NCBI RefSeq assembly: GCF_963506605.1
Contig: NC_083278.1
Coordinates: 31,744,001-31,808,000, forward strand
Length of the DNA stretch: 64,000 bases
Origin: Zootoca vivipara
Lineage: Eukaryota
Direction of reading: 5' to 3'
The notes beneath the pieces are model-generated. The model searched no databases. It worked only from the letters and a program-made list of their open reading frames with translations, and was not told the DNA's origin. How positions within the stretch are numbered: the stretch's first letter is position 1; the number at the start of each line of letters is the position of its first letter. This document shows positions 61,401 through 64,000 of the stretch, one piece after another. Position numbers and translations under genes: made by a program.

Positions 61401-62822
61401 ACTCACAATTGGAATGTACTCTTATCTGGGGTGCAAATGAGCTCAATTTTGTCGGCATATTTGCATGCCCAGTGAAAATGATCACCTCAGAAGTTGTGGA
61501 ATGGAAGAAAACTTTGGCCAAGAGGCTCATGGTGAAAATAGGCCTGAAAATCGGTCTTAAGGGCAGAAATGTTTTTCTGTCTGGAGTGTGGGGCAAGCAG
61601 AAATGCTGACAAGGTCTTAGTCAAGCTAAGAAAATGAACCAGTGTGAAGATAGTGCAATATTTGCTACTCTGTGTGATTGGCAGTATTGGATGACCTTTG
61701 TGAGTTTCCCTGTACCCTAATTAAGCTTTGAGGGAAATGTTTCTGCAGGTGTTTGTCTTGTGATCTGTTGTTTACCAACACAGAAACCAATTTTAGTTGT
61801 TAGCAATGGAGGAATTAAAAAAGAACCAGTGTGCAGGAAAAGGTCCTGGAGTGTTGGGAAACAAAGATAATGTGTGTACAACAGAGGCAAATGTAGAACG
61901 TTTACAACCCATGAGTGGTGATCATTCTTTCTCAAATAGATTAGTTGTTTTCACGCTTCTCCAAAATGGTGCCAAAATCACCCATAAGAAACAGTTCTGG
62001 ATATTCTTATCTTATGAAGTGTCCTTTTCTCCCTTTAACACACCACTTGTAGTATATGTTATAGGACCAATTTCAACATTAAAGAAAAGCATTCCCCACT
62101 GCTGTGAAGCCACTGTAACATATTCATAAACACAATGGTCCTGTGCAGAAAGACTAAAATGTGACAAAATGTCTCCTGTTGTAATGCTTGTCATTGTCCA
62201 TGAATCCACTGGGTAAGTGCAGTAACTTGCCTGAAACCCAGTGAAAAATGTAAATGGCCAACGGAGCTTAAATAGTTGAATGTGACATTAGCTTTCATTT
62301 TCAATCATTTGTATTGCAGCTTGAAAAACAGCACAGAGAAGAAACTACATGGCATTAAAAGCAGTATGCCTCATTTTGCTTTCCAGTTTGTTTTGTGTTT
62401 TATAAATATATTTTTATATACAGTATATCTAAAAGAGCTGTCTAAAATTAAGATCTGCCATACTACTCATTCATCAGATGTTGTCATAGGACACAGACTC
62501 AGAGCTATTTGTGGCTCTCCTTAGGTTTTACAGGGGGAGGGGAGAAAGACCATTTACAATTATATCATTTGAATGCAGGAGGCTTTTATTTCACCAGGAG
62601 GCAGTTGTGTGCTTCAGACTTTGTGCATCTGGATCAAGAAGCACAGAACATTCATGTACACCTAAGGGTTATGGGGGGGGGGAGCTTCTGATGTTGTGTG
62701 TAGTGGAAAAAGCTATACCCTTTTTATTATCTTTACTGTGGTAAAGGACATTCCCATAAGTGATGGGTGCTGCAACTATCACAGGTTTCACATAGCCTTT
62801 TATACTCTTTTACATACAGCTT

Positions 62823-63075
62823 GTTGTCTTTGTCCATAGAGTTTTCTTGGCAGGGATACTGGAGTGGCTTGCCAATTCCTTCTCCAGGAGAAGGGGACGA
62901 CACTAGGAGAAGGGGACGACAGAGGACGAGATGGTTGGACAGTGTTCTCGAAGCTACGAACATGAGTTTGACCAAACTGCGGGAGGCAGTGCAAGACAGG
63001 AGTGCCTGGCGTGCTATGGTCCATGGGGTCACGAAGAGTCGGACACGACTAAACGACTAAAAAACAACAACAACA
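62823..63075 (+). mobile_element. BovB (RTE) 3' fragment with an inverted 5' segment
   Basis: RRRGRQRTRWLDSV...VTKSRTRLND, (CAA)n tail, 11-bp TSD ACATACAGCTT. Confidence 0.9.
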
Positions 63076-63118
63076 ACATACAGCTTACATAATGCTAAGT
63101 ACATCACTAGTTTACTGC

Positions 63119-63825
63119 CATGGTTTAGTCGTTTAGTCGTGTCCGACTCTTCGTGACCCCATGGACCAGAGCCCGCCATGCATTCCTGTCTTCCACTGCC
63201 TCCCGCAGCTTGGTCAAACTCATGTTGGTAGCTTTGAGAACACTGTCCAACCATCTCGTCCTCTGCCGTCCCCTTCTCCTTGTGCCCTCCATCTTTCCCA
63301 AAATCAGGGTCTTTTCCAGGGAGTCTTCTCTTCTCATGAGGTGGCCAAAGTATTGGAGCCTCAGCTTCAGGATCTGTGCTTCCAGTGAGCACTCAGGGCT
63401 GATTTCCTTAAGAATGGATAGGTTTGATCTTCTTGCAGTCCATGGGACTCTCAAGAGTCTCCTCCAGCACCATAATTCAAAAGCATCAATTATTCGGCCA
63501 TCAGCCTTCTTTATGGTCCACCTCTCACTTCCATATATCACTACTGGGAAAACCATAGCTTCAACTATACAGACCTTTGTTGGCAAGGTGATTTCTCTGC
63601 TTTTTTAAGATGCTGTCTAGGTTTGTCATTGCTTTTCTCCCAAGAAGCAGGCGTCTTTTAATTTCGTGACTGCTGCCACCATCTGCAGTGATCATGGAGC
63701 CCAAGAAAGTAAAATCTCTCACTGCCTCCATTTCTTCCCCTTCTACTTGCCAGGAGGTGATGGGACCAGTGGCCATGATTTTGGTTTTTTTGATGTTCAG
63801 CTTCAGACCATATTTTGTGTTCTCC
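63119..63825 (-). mobile_element. BovB (RTE) LINE 3' fragment
   Basis: FTFLGSMI...EIKRRLLLGRKAM, AMVFPVV.YGSE.WT...DAFELWCWRRLLRVPWT; one frameshift; 43-44-bp flanking direct repeat. Confidence 0.95.
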
Positions 63826-64000
63826 TACATACAGCTTACATAATGCTAAGTACATCACTAGTTTACTGCAGTTACTAGTTAATAAAGGATATTGTCTTGC
63901 TGGAATGCTTGGTTTTGTTTTTATTGAATTCCCTACCTGGAACGAACCTGAGGAGTCATTTTAGCTATTCCCTTGACAATAGGAAAATATGTAAACATAC

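Overview
Vertebrate genomic DNA, inferred to be from a squamate and probably a lacertid lizard, based on Sauria SINEs, Squam-type SINEs, BovB, CR1, L1, L2, Penelope and lizard-type MITEs. The window looks intronic or intergenic: I could not confidently identify any host protein-coding exon, and every recognisable ORF is transposon-derived. The main observations are: (1) a young 3.3-kb non-autonomous Tf1/sushi-type Gypsy element (30611-33888) with an 11-nt self-priming PBS and a minimised, catalytically dead gag-pro-IN ORF that is still open; (2) Penelope-like elements carrying hammerhead ribozyme motifs at four loci, one with an atypically long stem III; (3) an unclassified LTR-like family without TSDs (two copies plus a relative), possibly tyrosine-recombinase (Ngaro-type) remnants; (4) two sites hit twice by RTE-clade insertions; (5) a perfect 23-bp pre-miRNA-sized hairpin and candidate enhancer motif clusters. 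Family names come from pattern recognition, not database searches.
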